DNA from: Limisphaerales bacterium
Lineage (GTDB): Bacteria; Verrucomicrobiota; Verrucomicrobiia; Limisphaerales; AAA164-E04
NCBI GenBank assembly: GCA_965242585.1
Contig: OZ251460.1
Coordinates: 1,244,869 to 1,308,868 of the forward strand
DNA length: 64,000 bases
Reading direction: 5' to 3'
The notes under the pieces are model-generated. The model saw only the letters and a program-made list of their open reading frames with translations, was not told the DNA's origin and did no database searches. The stretch's first letter is position 1, and each line of letters opens with the position of its first letter. Positions 19,048-28,160 of the stretch are shown here, piece after piece. Position numbers and translations under genes: made by a program.

Positions 19048-20289
19048 ATGAATAAGGTTTCCATTGAAAAAATTCGCTCCTTCAAAGGCAAGGAACAATT
19101 GCCGGTCTTGACGGCCTATGATTATCCAATGGCAAAGATCTTAGACGAACTAGGGATGCCGATGCTGTTGGTGGGAGATTCATTAGGCATGGTGGTGTTG
19201 GGGTATCCAGATACCACTCATGTGACAATGGAAGATATGGAACATCATGTCCGATCGGTGGCGCGCGCAAGGCCGGCGGCTTTCATCGCGGCCGACTTGC
19301 CTTATGGAAGCTGCAAAACCCCCGAAACTGCCGTGTCAAACAGTCGTCGTTTGCTCGCCGCCGGCGCCGACGCCGTCAAAGCCGAAGGCGCCTTGTCCAT
19401 CGAGCCGCAAATCCGAGCCATTGCCGACAGCGGCATTCCGTTCATGGGGCACATTGGCATGTTGCCGCAGCGCGTCAAGACCGAAGGCGGCTATCGGGTC
19501 AAAGGCAAAGCGGAGGCGGAAAGGATGAGACTTATTCAAGAGGCGGTTTTGCTGGATGACTTGGGCGCCTTTGCCATCGTGTTAGAATTAGTATTGCCGT
19601 CCGCCGCTGCCGCAATCACTAAGCGCGTTCAATGCCCGACAATCGGCATTGGATCGGGAACGGAATGCGACGGGCAGATTTTAGTGAGTCACGACTTGGT
19701 AGGCGGGTTTCCTTGGTTCACTCCTCGATTTGTGAAGCCGCAATTGAACGCGGCGCAACTCATCAAAGAAGCGATCCAGAGATGGCGGCAAGAAGTGCGC
19801 ACTTTCCAAAACACCGCGCAGCCCAAACCGGCACGGTTAACTCATCTCAACCGCTCTGGCGAGGCGTCGATGGTCGATGTTTCCCGGAAACCTGTTTCCC
19901 TGCGCTCGGCAAGGGCCGGCGGCGCTGTTTTTCTGCGTCCCGAAACAATCCAACTTATCCAGTCGGACGAAATCGCAAAAGGCAACGTCTTGGCTACGGC
20001 GCGGTTGGCCGGCATCTTGGCCGCCAAGAAGACCGGAGAGCTCATTCCGCTGGCCCACCCGCTTTCGCTGGCCCACGCCGAAGTTTCGTTTGAAACGCCC
20101 CCCTCGCTCGACCGTATTTTGATTTTTGCTTCTGCCAAGATTTCTTCGCAAACAGGCGTCGAAATGGAAGCGTTGACGGCGGTTAGCATGGCGGCTTTGA
20201 CGATTTACGACATGTGCAAAGCCGTCGACCCGGAAATGCGAATCGGAGACGTCCGGTTGATTTCCAAAGAGAAAACTTCCGCGGAGTAA
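19048..20289 (+). CDS. In-frame fusion: 3-methyl-2-oxobutanoate hydroxymethyltransferase (PanB) + cyclic pyranopterin monophosphate synthase (MoaC)
   Basis: Residues 1 to ~255 carry PanB blocks (LTAYDYP, GDSLGMVVLG, ADLPYGS, GHIGMLPQ, PTIGIGSGTECDGQILV). Residues ~265-413 carry MoaC blocks (LTHLNRSGEASMVDVS, KGNVLATARLAGILAAKKT, LIPLAHPL, TGVEMEALTAVSMAALTIYDMCKA). There is no stop or frameshift between them. Confidence 0.85.
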   Translation: MNKVSIEKIRSFKGKEQLPVLTAYDYPMAKILDELGMPMLLVGDSLGMVVLGYPDTTHVTMEDMEHHVRSVARARPAAFIAADLPYGSCKTPETAVSNSRRLLAAGADAVKAEGALSIEPQIRAIADSGIPFMGHIGMLPQRVKTEGGYRVKGKAEAERMRLIQEAVLLDDLGAFAIVLELVLPSAAAAITKRVQCPTIGIGSGTECDGQILVSHDLVGGFPWFTPRFVKPQLNAAQLIKEAIQRWRQEVRTFQNTAQPKPARLTHLNRSGEASMVDVSRKPVSLRSARAGGAVFLRPETIQLIQSDEIAKGNVLATARLAGILAAKKTGELIPLAHPLSLAHAEVSFETPPSLDRILIFASAKISSQTGVEMEALTAVSMAALTIYDMCKAVDPEMRIGDVRLISKEKTSAE

Positions 20290-20334
20290 GGAGTTCTTCT
20301 TTTACATCGTCCAATAAAGGACTATAATTTTCGA

Positions 20335-20817
20335 ATGCAAATCAACGCAGGAATCATTGCCGTATCCGATAGAGCGGCGCAGGGTTTGTACGATGATTTG
20401 GGCGGTCCCGCCTTGAAGGAAGCATCTGTTGGCTATGGTTGGACGGTGGTCGGCGACGCAGTGGTTGCGGACGAAAAACGGGAAATTCAACGAGCGGTCA
20501 AAGAGATGATTCAACGAGGAAGCAACCTTGTGCTGACAACCGGCGGCACAGGAGTCGCCGCTCGCGACGTTACTCCGGAAGCTGTCCGCGAAATCGCCGC
20601 CCGCGAGCTGCCGGGCTTTGGAGAAGTGATGCGAATGGAATCCATGAAGATCACTCCGAACGGCATCCTTTCGCGAAGTCTTGCCGTCGCAGTGGACAAA
20701 GCGCTCGTCCTCTGCTTGCCCGGCAAACCCAAAGCCGCTGTCCAATGCTTGAGCTTTGTCGTCGGCGCCATTCCGCACTGCGTCGAAGTTCTTCAGGAAG
20801 TTCCCACAAGTTGTTAG
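20335..20817 (+). CDS. mog: Molybdopterin adenylyltransferase MogA/MoaB family
   Basis: 160-aa ORF with IIAVSDRAAQGLYDDLGGPAL and VLTTGGTGVAARDVTPEA, typical of the MogA/MoaB fold. Confidence 0.85.
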   Translation: MQINAGIIAVSDRAAQGLYDDLGGPALKEASVGYGWTVVGDAVVADEKREIQRAVKEMIQRGSNLVLTTGGTGVAARDVTPEAVREIAARELPGFGEVMRMESMKITPNGILSRSLAVAVDKALVLCLPGKPKAAVQCLSFVVGAIPHCVEVLQEVPTSC

Positions 20818-20934
20818 GCGGCCGAATTGGTTTTCCGCGCTTGCGCGTTTCGATGCTTCCGCTTGACATCGGCAACAGATCGCCGAAGACTATAAGGGCG
20901 GTTCGGGCGGAAGGGAACCAGCAGCCTCGCGCTT

Positions 20935-22377
20935 ATGTCCAATCCTAAAAGTAGTGAATTAATGGAGAAGATTGTCTCCGTGTGCAAACGTCGCGGATTC
21001 ATTTTTCCCTCCTCGGAAATCTATGGCGGCGTCAACGGATTTTGGGACTACGGACCTCTCGGCGCCGAACTGAAGCGCAATGTCAAAGATTGCTGGTGGC
21101 AAAGCATGACTCGCGAGCGCGAGGACGTCGTCGGCCTAGATGCCAGCATCATCCTGCATCCCAAAGTTTGGGAAGCCAGCGGACATGCCGACACCTTCAG
21201 CGATCCGATGATCGACTGCAAAAAGTGCAAAGGACGGTTCCGGGCCGATCAACTGGATTCCAGCGCTTGCCTTGAAAAACCCGGCAAAACGGTCGCCGAT
21301 TGCGAAGCCGAAAAAACCGAACCACGCGCATTCAATCTTATGTTCAAGACTTGGGTCGGGCCGGTAGAATCCGAAGAAAACATTGCTTGGCTGCGACCGG
21401 AAACCGCCCAAGCCATCTTCGCTCAATTCAAGAACGTCCTCGACGTCTCCCGCCAAAAAATTCCTTTTGGCATTTGCCAAATCGGCAAGGCCTTTCGCAA
21501 CGAAATCAACCCTCGAAACTACACTTTTCGGTCGAGAGAATTTGAACAAATGGAACTGGAATTCTTCATCAAACCAGACAAAGTCGCCCAAGCCCAAAAC
21601 GGCCCTCCGCCCAAAAACGCCGCCGCCGAAACCCCGCTCCCCAACTGGGGCTGGAAACAGTGGCTCCAATACTGGATTCAGCAACGTCTGCGTTGGTACG
21701 AAAGCATCGGACTGCCCGCCGAATCTCTACAATTGCACTGGCAAACCAGCGACGAGCTCGCCCACTATGCGCGGGCAACCGTCGATATTCTATTTCAATT
21801 TCCCTTCGGAGCGCAGGAACTGGAAGGCATCGCCGCCCGCGGCGATTACGACTTGCGCCAACACCAAGAACACAGCGGAAAATCCCTTGAGTATTTTGAC
21901 GCTGACGCAAAAACAAAATACCTGCCGCACGTCATCGAGCCGAGTGCTGGTGTTGACCGATTAGTTCTCGCCCTATTGTGCAACGCCTACAGCGAAGAAA
22001 AAATCCCCAACGCCAAAGGCCAACTGGAAAACCGCGTCGTTATGAAGTTTCATCCCCAAATCGCCCCCTTCAAAATCGGCATATTTCCCTTGCTAAAAAA
22101 CAAGCCCGCGCTGGTGGATAAAGCCAAAGAAATTTACAACTCTCTTAAAACCCAATTCACCGCTATCTACGATGAAACCGGCTCCATCGGAAAACGCTAC
22201 GCCCGACAAGACGAAGCCGGAACACCATATTGCGTCACCATTGACTTTGACACCATCGGCAACGGAAACTCCGCCGAAACCATAAACACCGTCACCCTGC
22301 GCGAACGAGACACCACAAAACAAATTCGAGTAGCTATTGACGACTTGCCTTCTTTACTAAAAGAAAAACTCGCCTAA
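20935..22377 (+). CDS. glyQS: Glycine--tRNA ligase (alpha2 type)
   Basis: 480-aa ORF with CKRRGFIFPSSEIYGG, FWDYGPLG, WLRPETAQ and FRNEI(N)PR class II motifs, plus a C-terminal anticodon-binding domain. Confidence 0.93.
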   Translation: MSNPKSSELMEKIVSVCKRRGFIFPSSEIYGGVNGFWDYGPLGAELKRNVKDCWWQSMTREREDVVGLDASIILHPKVWEASGHADTFSDPMIDCKKCKGRFRADQLDSSACLEKPGKTVADCEAEKTEPRAFNLMFKTWVGPVESEENIAWLRPETAQAIFAQFKNVLDVSRQKIPFGICQIGKAFRNEINPRNYTFRSREFEQMELEFFIKPDKVAQAQNGPPPKNAAAETPLPNWGWKQWLQYWIQQRLRWYESIGLPAESLQLHWQTSDELAHYARATVDILFQFPFGAQELEGIAARGDYDLRQHQEHSGKSLEYFDADAKTKYLPHVIEPSAGVDRLVLALLCNAYSEEKIPNAKGQLENRVVMKFHPQIAPFKIGIFPLLKNKPALVDKAKEIYNSLKTQFTAIYDETGSIGKRYARQDEAGTPYCVTIDFDTIGNGNSAETINTVTLRERDTTKQIRVAIDDLPSLLKEKLA

Positions 22378-22708
22378 ACTTTTCGCTTCCTCTCGCGGCC
22401 TCCAATCGACAGAATTCCGCAATTCTGCGCCCCATCGAAAAATCCGCAAATCCAAACCATTTGCCAGAAAAACATAAAAAATTCCATCGGCAAAAAAAGT
22501 TGAAAAAAATCGTGCAACCCATTCAAAAATGCCGCAAATTGTCCTCGATTCCTAAACTTCTGTCGCGAGATTCCGTGAGAATCAGGCCTGGCGGCCACGA
22601 ATCAGAAAGAACAACAGTGTATTTATTCGACGACATGAAAAACTCCTTTTTTATTGGAACTGGTTGGCTCGCATAGCCAAAGCAAGCAACACTCAACGCA
22701 ACGTAGCA

Positions 22709-22912
22709 ATGAAAACGACAACAACGACATCAAAGACAAATGGAAAAACAGCGATCCTCGCCATTGTAGCAGCCGCAGCCCTGTTGGTTCCCCAAACCAT
22801 CGGGCCGTCAGCGCAATCTACCGGCACACCGAATCTGCCTGAACCTCCACCGCAGCGAGAAGTCGTTCTTCCGCCCTTCCCGTCCGGCGCTTTTAACAGT
22901 TGCATAGAGTAA
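22709..22912 (+). CDS. Small secreted hypothetical protein
   Basis: 67 aa from ATG 22709. It has a T-rich N-terminus, a hydrophobic signal-like segment AILAIVAAAALLV and a Pro-rich tail. I recognise no family. Confidence 0.4.
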   Translation: MKTTTTTSKTNGKTAILAIVAAAALLVPQTIGPSAQSTGTPNLPEPPPQREVVLPPFPSGAFNSCIE

Positions 22913-22959
22913 TACTATTCGAGGCTGGGAACAATCGCGCAAGGCGACAGAAGAAGCAT

Positions 22960-23328
22960 ATGCGGAAACGCATCGAAGAGGTTTTTAACCCTAAATTTGA
23001 TCGTATCAATGCTTTGATTGCGGCTAGACTCAAGTTAATGAACGATCTGGAAGCCGAAATTAGGAGAATTGAGACAAGCCCGGGGTACTACGCTGCGTAT
23101 GTCACCAGCTTGGTCGATTTACAACCATACCTAGACAAAATCAATCGATTGGAGGACGATATTCAAGATGTATGGAATCAACTTCGTAAGTTAAGAGAGC
23201 AAAAATCTTCACTTTTGAATCTCGAAGCCAAGTGGATAGACTGGTTAGATGAGAAAACTGCAAGAGAAGTGAACGCAGCATGGGAAGAGTACGAGAATTG
23301 CGCTGACAGCGAAACAAACGATAATTAG
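22960..23328 (+). CDS. Hypothetical coiled-coil protein
   Basis: 122 aa from ATG 22960; the track ORF opens at TTG 22900. It is heptad-rich and acidic, and lies in lower-GC DNA. Confidence 0.5.
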   Translation: MRKRIEEVFNPKFDRINALIAARLKLMNDLEAEIRRIETSPGYYAAYVTSLVDLQPYLDKINRLEDDIQDVWNQLRKLREQKSSLLNLEAKWIDWLDEKTAREVNAAWEEYENCADSETNDN

Positions 23329-23366
23329 AATTGTTAGTAAAAGAAAACAGAAAGGATTCTTTGATC

Positions 23367-24341
23367 ATGAGAAAGCAAGGTTACGTAATCACTGGGATGG
23401 GCATAGTTGCCCTAATGGGAGTCTTTTGGCTGGCGCATCTTGGCAAGGAAAAAGCAATAACGGCAAAGGCCGACAAAACAGAAGGCCAAGTCGAAGAGAC
23501 AACGGAGGCACAAAAAACGGAGAAGAAGCACGCCTTTGCCGAGTTTGTGGAAGCCCTGCCTGCGGCACTGGAGACTTTGACTGAGGCCGAAACGGAGGCG
23601 GAAGCAAAACGAAAAAAGAGGCAAGCCTACTTGAACAGCCCGCACGGCAACGATCGGGAAACTATTTTGAGTGGGTTGGAGATTAAAGGAGACCCAGAGT
23701 TGACTGCGGCGCTCAAAAAAGACGCCGAAATAGAGTTGACGATTTACGAATCATTAGATGCGCAAGGCCGGGCTTTAGCCGACTTAGACGATTGGATTTT
23801 TCGGCAAGAATCTAAGCGAAGTAGCGCACAGAGGACAGAGGCCTATTTGGAAGCCCAACGCACGACAATCAGCTTTGAAGAATTCCGCCGAGTGACGGCT
23901 CGATATGAAAAAGATAAACCGGCCAGTTTTGCTACCATCGCCGAAGCGAAGGCAATGAAGGCAATTTCTAAAATCAAAACCGGCTGGGAAACAGAGCCGG
24001 AGCCTTGGCAAGAAGTGGCCTCCTTCCTAAGAGACCGCCGAGACTTCTCCCAAACAGAACTAAACCAAGGCGACCCCGAAGACCCCCACTGGCATGCCGA
24101 TCATATCCAGTGGATTGAGCAAACCGCCCAAACCATCGGCATCCCCTTAGACAACCCCGATGACGAAAGCTGGATTGCGGAGAAAATCGCCGCCGCCAAA
24201 GAACAACGCTATCAAGACTTAGACGCCCCCTTGATTGAAGAACTCAAAAAGATCGACGAAGAAACAGCCGCTGAAGCCGAAGCTTGGGCGCGAGAAAGAA
24301 GTAGCCACCCAACGCAACCATCTAATCAAAAAACAGAGTAA
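23367..24341 (+). CDS. Hypothetical membrane-anchored acidic protein
   Basis: 324 aa from ATG 23367. It has a single N-terminal TM (VITGMGIVALMGVFWLAHL) followed by an E/A/K-rich region. I recognise no family. Confidence 0.55.
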   Translation: MRKQGYVITGMGIVALMGVFWLAHLGKEKAITAKADKTEGQVEETTEAQKTEKKHAFAEFVEALPAALETLTEAETEAEAKRKKRQAYLNSPHGNDRETILSGLEIKGDPELTAALKKDAEIELTIYESLDAQGRALADLDDWIFRQESKRSSAQRTEAYLEAQRTTISFEEFRRVTARYEKDKPASFATIAEAKAMKAISKIKTGWETEPEPWQEVASFLRDRRDFSQTELNQGDPEDPHWHADHIQWIEQTAQTIGIPLDNPDDESWIAEKIAAAKEQRYQDLDAPLIEELKKIDEETAAEAEAWARERSSHPTQPSNQKTE

Positions 24342-24613
24342 ACAGTGGCGAGTGCAACGAGAACAAGAGCGGCGTTATCGGGAAGAGATGGCGCGCCAGC
24401 GCAAAGAGCGCACACAAGCTCGCCAAGCCCAACAACAAGCAGAAGAACCCTCCGATTCAACATCTCAATAAGTTTGCGCTTGGAGAGAGAATTGAGGGAG
24501 GGGTTTGGTAGAAGAAAACGGCACGATTCTTTCCCGCCGGCCGGCTTTCTCTGAGAAGTTCTGTAAGGGACTGTTTTGTAAAGTTCGTTTTGTTGTTTTT
24601 TTTGTTGAAGGTT

Positions 24614-25231
24614 TCAGGCGAGCGGGCGCCAAGGTCCGTAGTTGAGGAGTTGGACTTCGGGGCGGTTTTCTTGGAGGTGGAGGATGCTAACGCTGGCATA
24701 GCTGAATTCAAAGGCGGCCATTTGGCGCACCGGCATTTTAAGAAGCAGGGCGAGCAACATGCGAAGGACGCCGCCGTGGGCAAAGACGCCGATTCGATTT
24801 CCGTTTTCAGGGCGGAGGAGGATGTTCCAGATTTCTTGAATGCGGGCGCGGAATTGTTCGATGGGTTCAGCGTTGGGAATGGCGTTGGATTCCAGCAAAT
24901 GAAGCCAATCGCGGGCGCTTTTTCCGTATTTTTCCTGCACTTCTTTCCAGCGGAGTCCAGTCCAATCGCCGAAGTCCACTTCCCGCAGGCCGTTCAAAAG
25001 AACGGGTTTCACCCATTCTCGACAGGGCGCGGCGGTTTGGACGGCTCGTTTCATCGGGCTGGAGAAGCATGAATCAAAAGGGCGCCGCTGTAAAAAGTTA
25101 GCCAGCGAACGTGCTTGGGCTTGGCCTCGTTTGGAGAGTTCCATGTCGATTCGTCCGCCAAAAGTTTGGTGATAGGCGGTTTCCACTTCGGCGTGCCGCA
25201 TCAAATAGAAAGCTCGAAATTGCCGGCTCAT
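24614..25231 (-). CDS. Histidine phosphatase (phosphoglycerate mutase-like) family protein
   Basis: It has the LMRHAE catalytic-His motif near the N-terminus and a later HGGV. Its start overlaps the rph stop by 4 nt. Confidence 0.8.
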   Translation of the reverse strand: MSRQFRAFYLMRHAEVETAYHQTFGGRIDMELSKRGQAQARSLANFLQRRPFDSCFSSPMKRAVQTAAPCREWVKPVLLNGLREVDFGDWTGLRWKEVQEKYGKSARDWLHLLESNAIPNAEPIEQFRARIQEIWNILLRPENGNRIGVFAHGGVLRMLLALLLKMPVRQMAAFEFSYASVSILHLQENRPEVQLLNYGPWRPLA

Positions 25232-26028
25232 TGTCCGGTGGATAGCGCGTTCGGCGGGGGCGCGATGGCTTTTTTTTGCAGGTTACAGAGGGAGGTAATG
25301 CCGTTTTGGGCCAAGTTGATCATTTGTTCGAGGGCGTGAGTATTGAAGGTGGTTTTTTCGCCGGTGCCTTGGATTTCCACGAATTCTTGTTCCGAAGACA
25401 TGACGACGTTGATATCCACTTCGGCGGCGGCGTCTTCTTGGTAGCGAAGGTCGAGGAGGGGAGAGCCGTTGACGATTCCAACGCTGACAGCGGCGATGGA
25501 TTTGACGATGGGTGATTTTTGGAGTCGGCCTTCTTTGAGCAAGCGGTCGACGGCAAGAGAAAGAGCCACAAAGCTGCCGGTCACGGCGGCGGTTCGAGTG
25601 CCTCCGTCGGCTTGGATCACGTCGCAGTCGATCCAGATTGTGCGGGCGCCGATGGCTTCCAAATTGACGGCGGTGCGCATGGAACGGCCGATAAGTCGCT
25701 GGATTTCCTGCGAGCGTCCGTCGATTTTGCCGCGGGTGCTGTCCCGCATTTTGCGGTTGATGGTTGAGTAGGGGAGCATTGTGTATTCGGCGGTGATCCA
25801 TCCGCCTGGGGCGTTTTGCTCTTTCATCCAGCGAGGCACTTTGTCTTCGATAGTGGCGGCGCAGAGGACGCGGGTGTTGCCCCATTCAATTAGCGTGGAG
25901 CCGGTGGCGTGGGGGGCGATGTGGTTTTGAAAGTGAATCGGCCGGAGTTGATCGTATTGACGTTGGTCTGCGCGCGGGAACGGAGGGAATGTTTCGGCAA
26001 GTTTTGATGCGTCGTCCATATTTTTCAA
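25228..26028 (-). CDS. rph: Ribonuclease PH
   Basis: RNase PH blocks are LRPIHFQ, GSTLIEWGNTRVLCAA, DSTRGKIDGRSQEIQRLIGRS and CDVIQADGGTRTA. The start may be the internal Met 4. Confidence 0.9.
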   Translation of the reverse strand: MKNMDDASKLAETFPPFPRADQRQYDQLRPIHFQNHIAPHATGSTLIEWGNTRVLCAATIEDKVPRWMKEQNAPGGWITAEYTMLPYSTINRKMRDSTRGKIDGRSQEIQRLIGRSMRTAVNLEAIGARTIWIDCDVIQADGGTRTAAVTGSFVALSLAVDRLLKEGRLQKSPIVKSIAAVSVGIVNGSPLLDLRYQEDAAAEVDINVVMSSEQEFVEIQGTGEKTTFNTHALEQMINLAQNGITSLCNLQKKAIAPPPNALSTGQ

Positions 26029-26225
26029 ACCGTAGTAAAGAACTTTGCCTAAGGCAACGAGAAACGGAAAAGAAGTTTTGGTTTTGCTCTGGCGTAGGCA
26101 GTCCCGGACAAAATAATTGAAGGCGCGGTCGATGAAATCGCAGTCTGTATAAAAGGTCTGGCAGAGGAAAGCCGGAACGGAAATTCGATCTTGAAAACCA
26201 CTTGGGCAAAAGTAGGATTTGCGCC

Positions 26226-28115
26226 ATGTTCGTACGCATTTGTCTTTCGATTTTGTGGCTGAGTGGTTTTACGATTTCAGGATTTGCGGCGGAGAGGCCG
26301 AACATTCTTTGGCTTTCCGCAGAAGATATTAGCCCGCATCTTGGGTGTTTTGGCGATCCCCACGCCATCACGCCGCATTTGGATCGTCTGGCTGCGGAAG
26401 GAGTGCGCTACAAGAGAGCGTTTACTACGGCGGGAGTGTGCGCCCCCTGTCGGAGCGGGATCATCACCGGAATGTATCAAACCACCTTGGGCACGCATCA
26501 CATGCGTTGCCGGGCAAAGTTGCCGTCATTCATCAAGCCTTTTCCCGTTTATTTGCGGGAGAACGGCTACTATTGCTCCAACAATCTCAAGGAAGATTAT
26601 CAGTTTGAGACACCGGCGGAGACTTGGGATGATTCCAGCGGCCGGGCGCATTGGCGAGGTCGACCGAAGAAAGATCAGCCTTTTTTTGCGGTTTTCAATT
26701 TCTCGGGTTGCCACGAAAGCGGCATTGCCAACGAAAGCAAGTATCGCGCGGTGACCGCGGGACTGACGCCGGAACAACGACAGAATGCGAACTCCTTGAC
26801 CAATCTTCCGCCTTACTATCCGGACACTCCGATAGCGCGGGAGGATTGGAAGCGAAACTACGAGCTGATTACGGCAATGGACGCTTGGGCGGGGCAACTC
26901 ATTCAGCAGTTGAAAGAGGACGGACTTTACGAGAACACCATCATTTTTTTCTGGTCCGATCACGGCGTTGGCCTACCGCGGGCCAAACGTTGGCTCTATG
27001 ATTCAGGAACCCACATCCCGTTGATTGTCCGCATCCCGGAGAAATGGCGAAGAGACGGGCAAGGCGCGCCGAATTCCGAAACGAAGCGATTAATCAGTTC
27101 CATTGACTTCGGCCCCACGGTGCTTCGTTTAGCCGGAATTGAGATTCCCAAACACGTTCAGGGCAGGCCGTTTCTTGGCCCCAATCTGCCGGCGGCGCGC
27201 CGATTCGTTTACGGAGCGCGGGATCGAATGGACGAACGCTACGACATTATTCGCACGGTTCGAGATCAACGATACAAATACATCCGAAATTACGAACCCC
27301 AGAAGACGTTTTATCAATATATGAACACTTCGGAAAAAGGAGCGACGATGAAAGAACTGCGGCGGCGCCACGAAGCGGGCGTTCTTCGACAATCTGCCGA
27401 ACGCTTTTTCTCCCCCGTAAAACCAGTGGAGGAGCTTTACGACACGGCCGCCGACCCGCACGAAATGAACAATTTGGCCGCCGATCCCCGTCACCAAAAA
27501 CGGTTGCAGACAATGCGAGCAGTTCATTTGGCTTGGGTCAAGGAAACGAAGGACCTCGGATTAATTGCGGAACCGCTTCTGGTCGATCTAGAAAAGAAAA
27601 TCGGCCATCGCTACGGAATTCTGCGAAGCGAAGGCGGGGAAGAACTCGCCCGCCGTACGGCTCGCGCGGCGGTTTCGGCATCCGGAGAACGACAAAATCT
27701 ATCGGCACTGATTGACGCCCTCGGCGATGAAGCGGCGGCAGTGCGCTACTGGGGCGCCGTTGGAATCGCCAACATCGGCAAAGCGGCGGCGAGGGCGGAA
27801 CCCGCCGTTCGTCAAGCTCTTCTCGACTCGTCCCCCGTAGTTCAAACCGCGGCCGCCTATGCGCTTTGTCGTCTCGGCAAACCCGCCGACGCTTTGCCCG
27901 TCTTGACCTCCGTTTTAGCGAACGGCGGACAATGGGAACGACTGCACGCGGCCATCGTTCTGGACGAAATCGATGAACAAGCCCGGCCGGTCATTGACGA
28001 ATTGCGAAAAGCCCTGCAACCGCGCAAAGAACTTTACGCCGGCGGCAAATACACCGTCCGCGTCGTCAATCGCGCTTTGAACGAACTTGAAGGCACTCAC
28101 CGTAGCGTGCGCTAA
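26226..28115 (+). CDS. Sulfatase with C-terminal HEAT/armadillo-like repeat extension
   Basis: It has a signal peptide from ATG 26226. Sulfatase motifs are NILWLSAEDISPHLG, CAPCRSGIITG and SDHGVG. The C-terminal ~170 aa look like HEAT repeats (AAVRYWGAVGIANIG, SSPVVQTAAAYALCRLGKP, RLHAAIVLDEI). Confidence 0.85.
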   Translation: MFVRICLSILWLSGFTISGFAAERPNILWLSAEDISPHLGCFGDPHAITPHLDRLAAEGVRYKRAFTTAGVCAPCRSGIITGMYQTTLGTHHMRCRAKLPSFIKPFPVYLRENGYYCSNNLKEDYQFETPAETWDDSSGRAHWRGRPKKDQPFFAVFNFSGCHESGIANESKYRAVTAGLTPEQRQNANSLTNLPPYYPDTPIAREDWKRNYELITAMDAWAGQLIQQLKEDGLYENTIIFFWSDHGVGLPRAKRWLYDSGTHIPLIVRIPEKWRRDGQGAPNSETKRLISSIDFGPTVLRLAGIEIPKHVQGRPFLGPNLPAARRFVYGARDRMDERYDIIRTVRDQRYKYIRNYEPQKTFYQYMNTSEKGATMKELRRRHEAGVLRQSAERFFSPVKPVEELYDTAADPHEMNNLAADPRHQKRLQTMRAVHLAWVKETKDLGLIAEPLLVDLEKKIGHRYGILRSEGGEELARRTARAAVSASGERQNLSALIDALGDEAAAVRYWGAVGIANIGKAAARAEPAVRQALLDSSPVVQTAAAYALCRLGKPADALPVLTSVLANGGQWERLHAAIVLDEIDEQARPVIDELRKALQPRKELYAGGKYTVRVVNRALNELEGTHRSVR

Positions 28116-28160
28116 TTCTTTTTCACCCACACCTCCATGATACGACGATAAAAAATAGAA

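Noticed and set aside
20860-20900. A sigma70-like promoter (TTGACA ... TATAAG) upstream of glyQS.
   Set aside because: The spacing between the hexamers is 20-22 nt, which is outside the functional 16-18 nt range. PVC promoter rules are uncertain.
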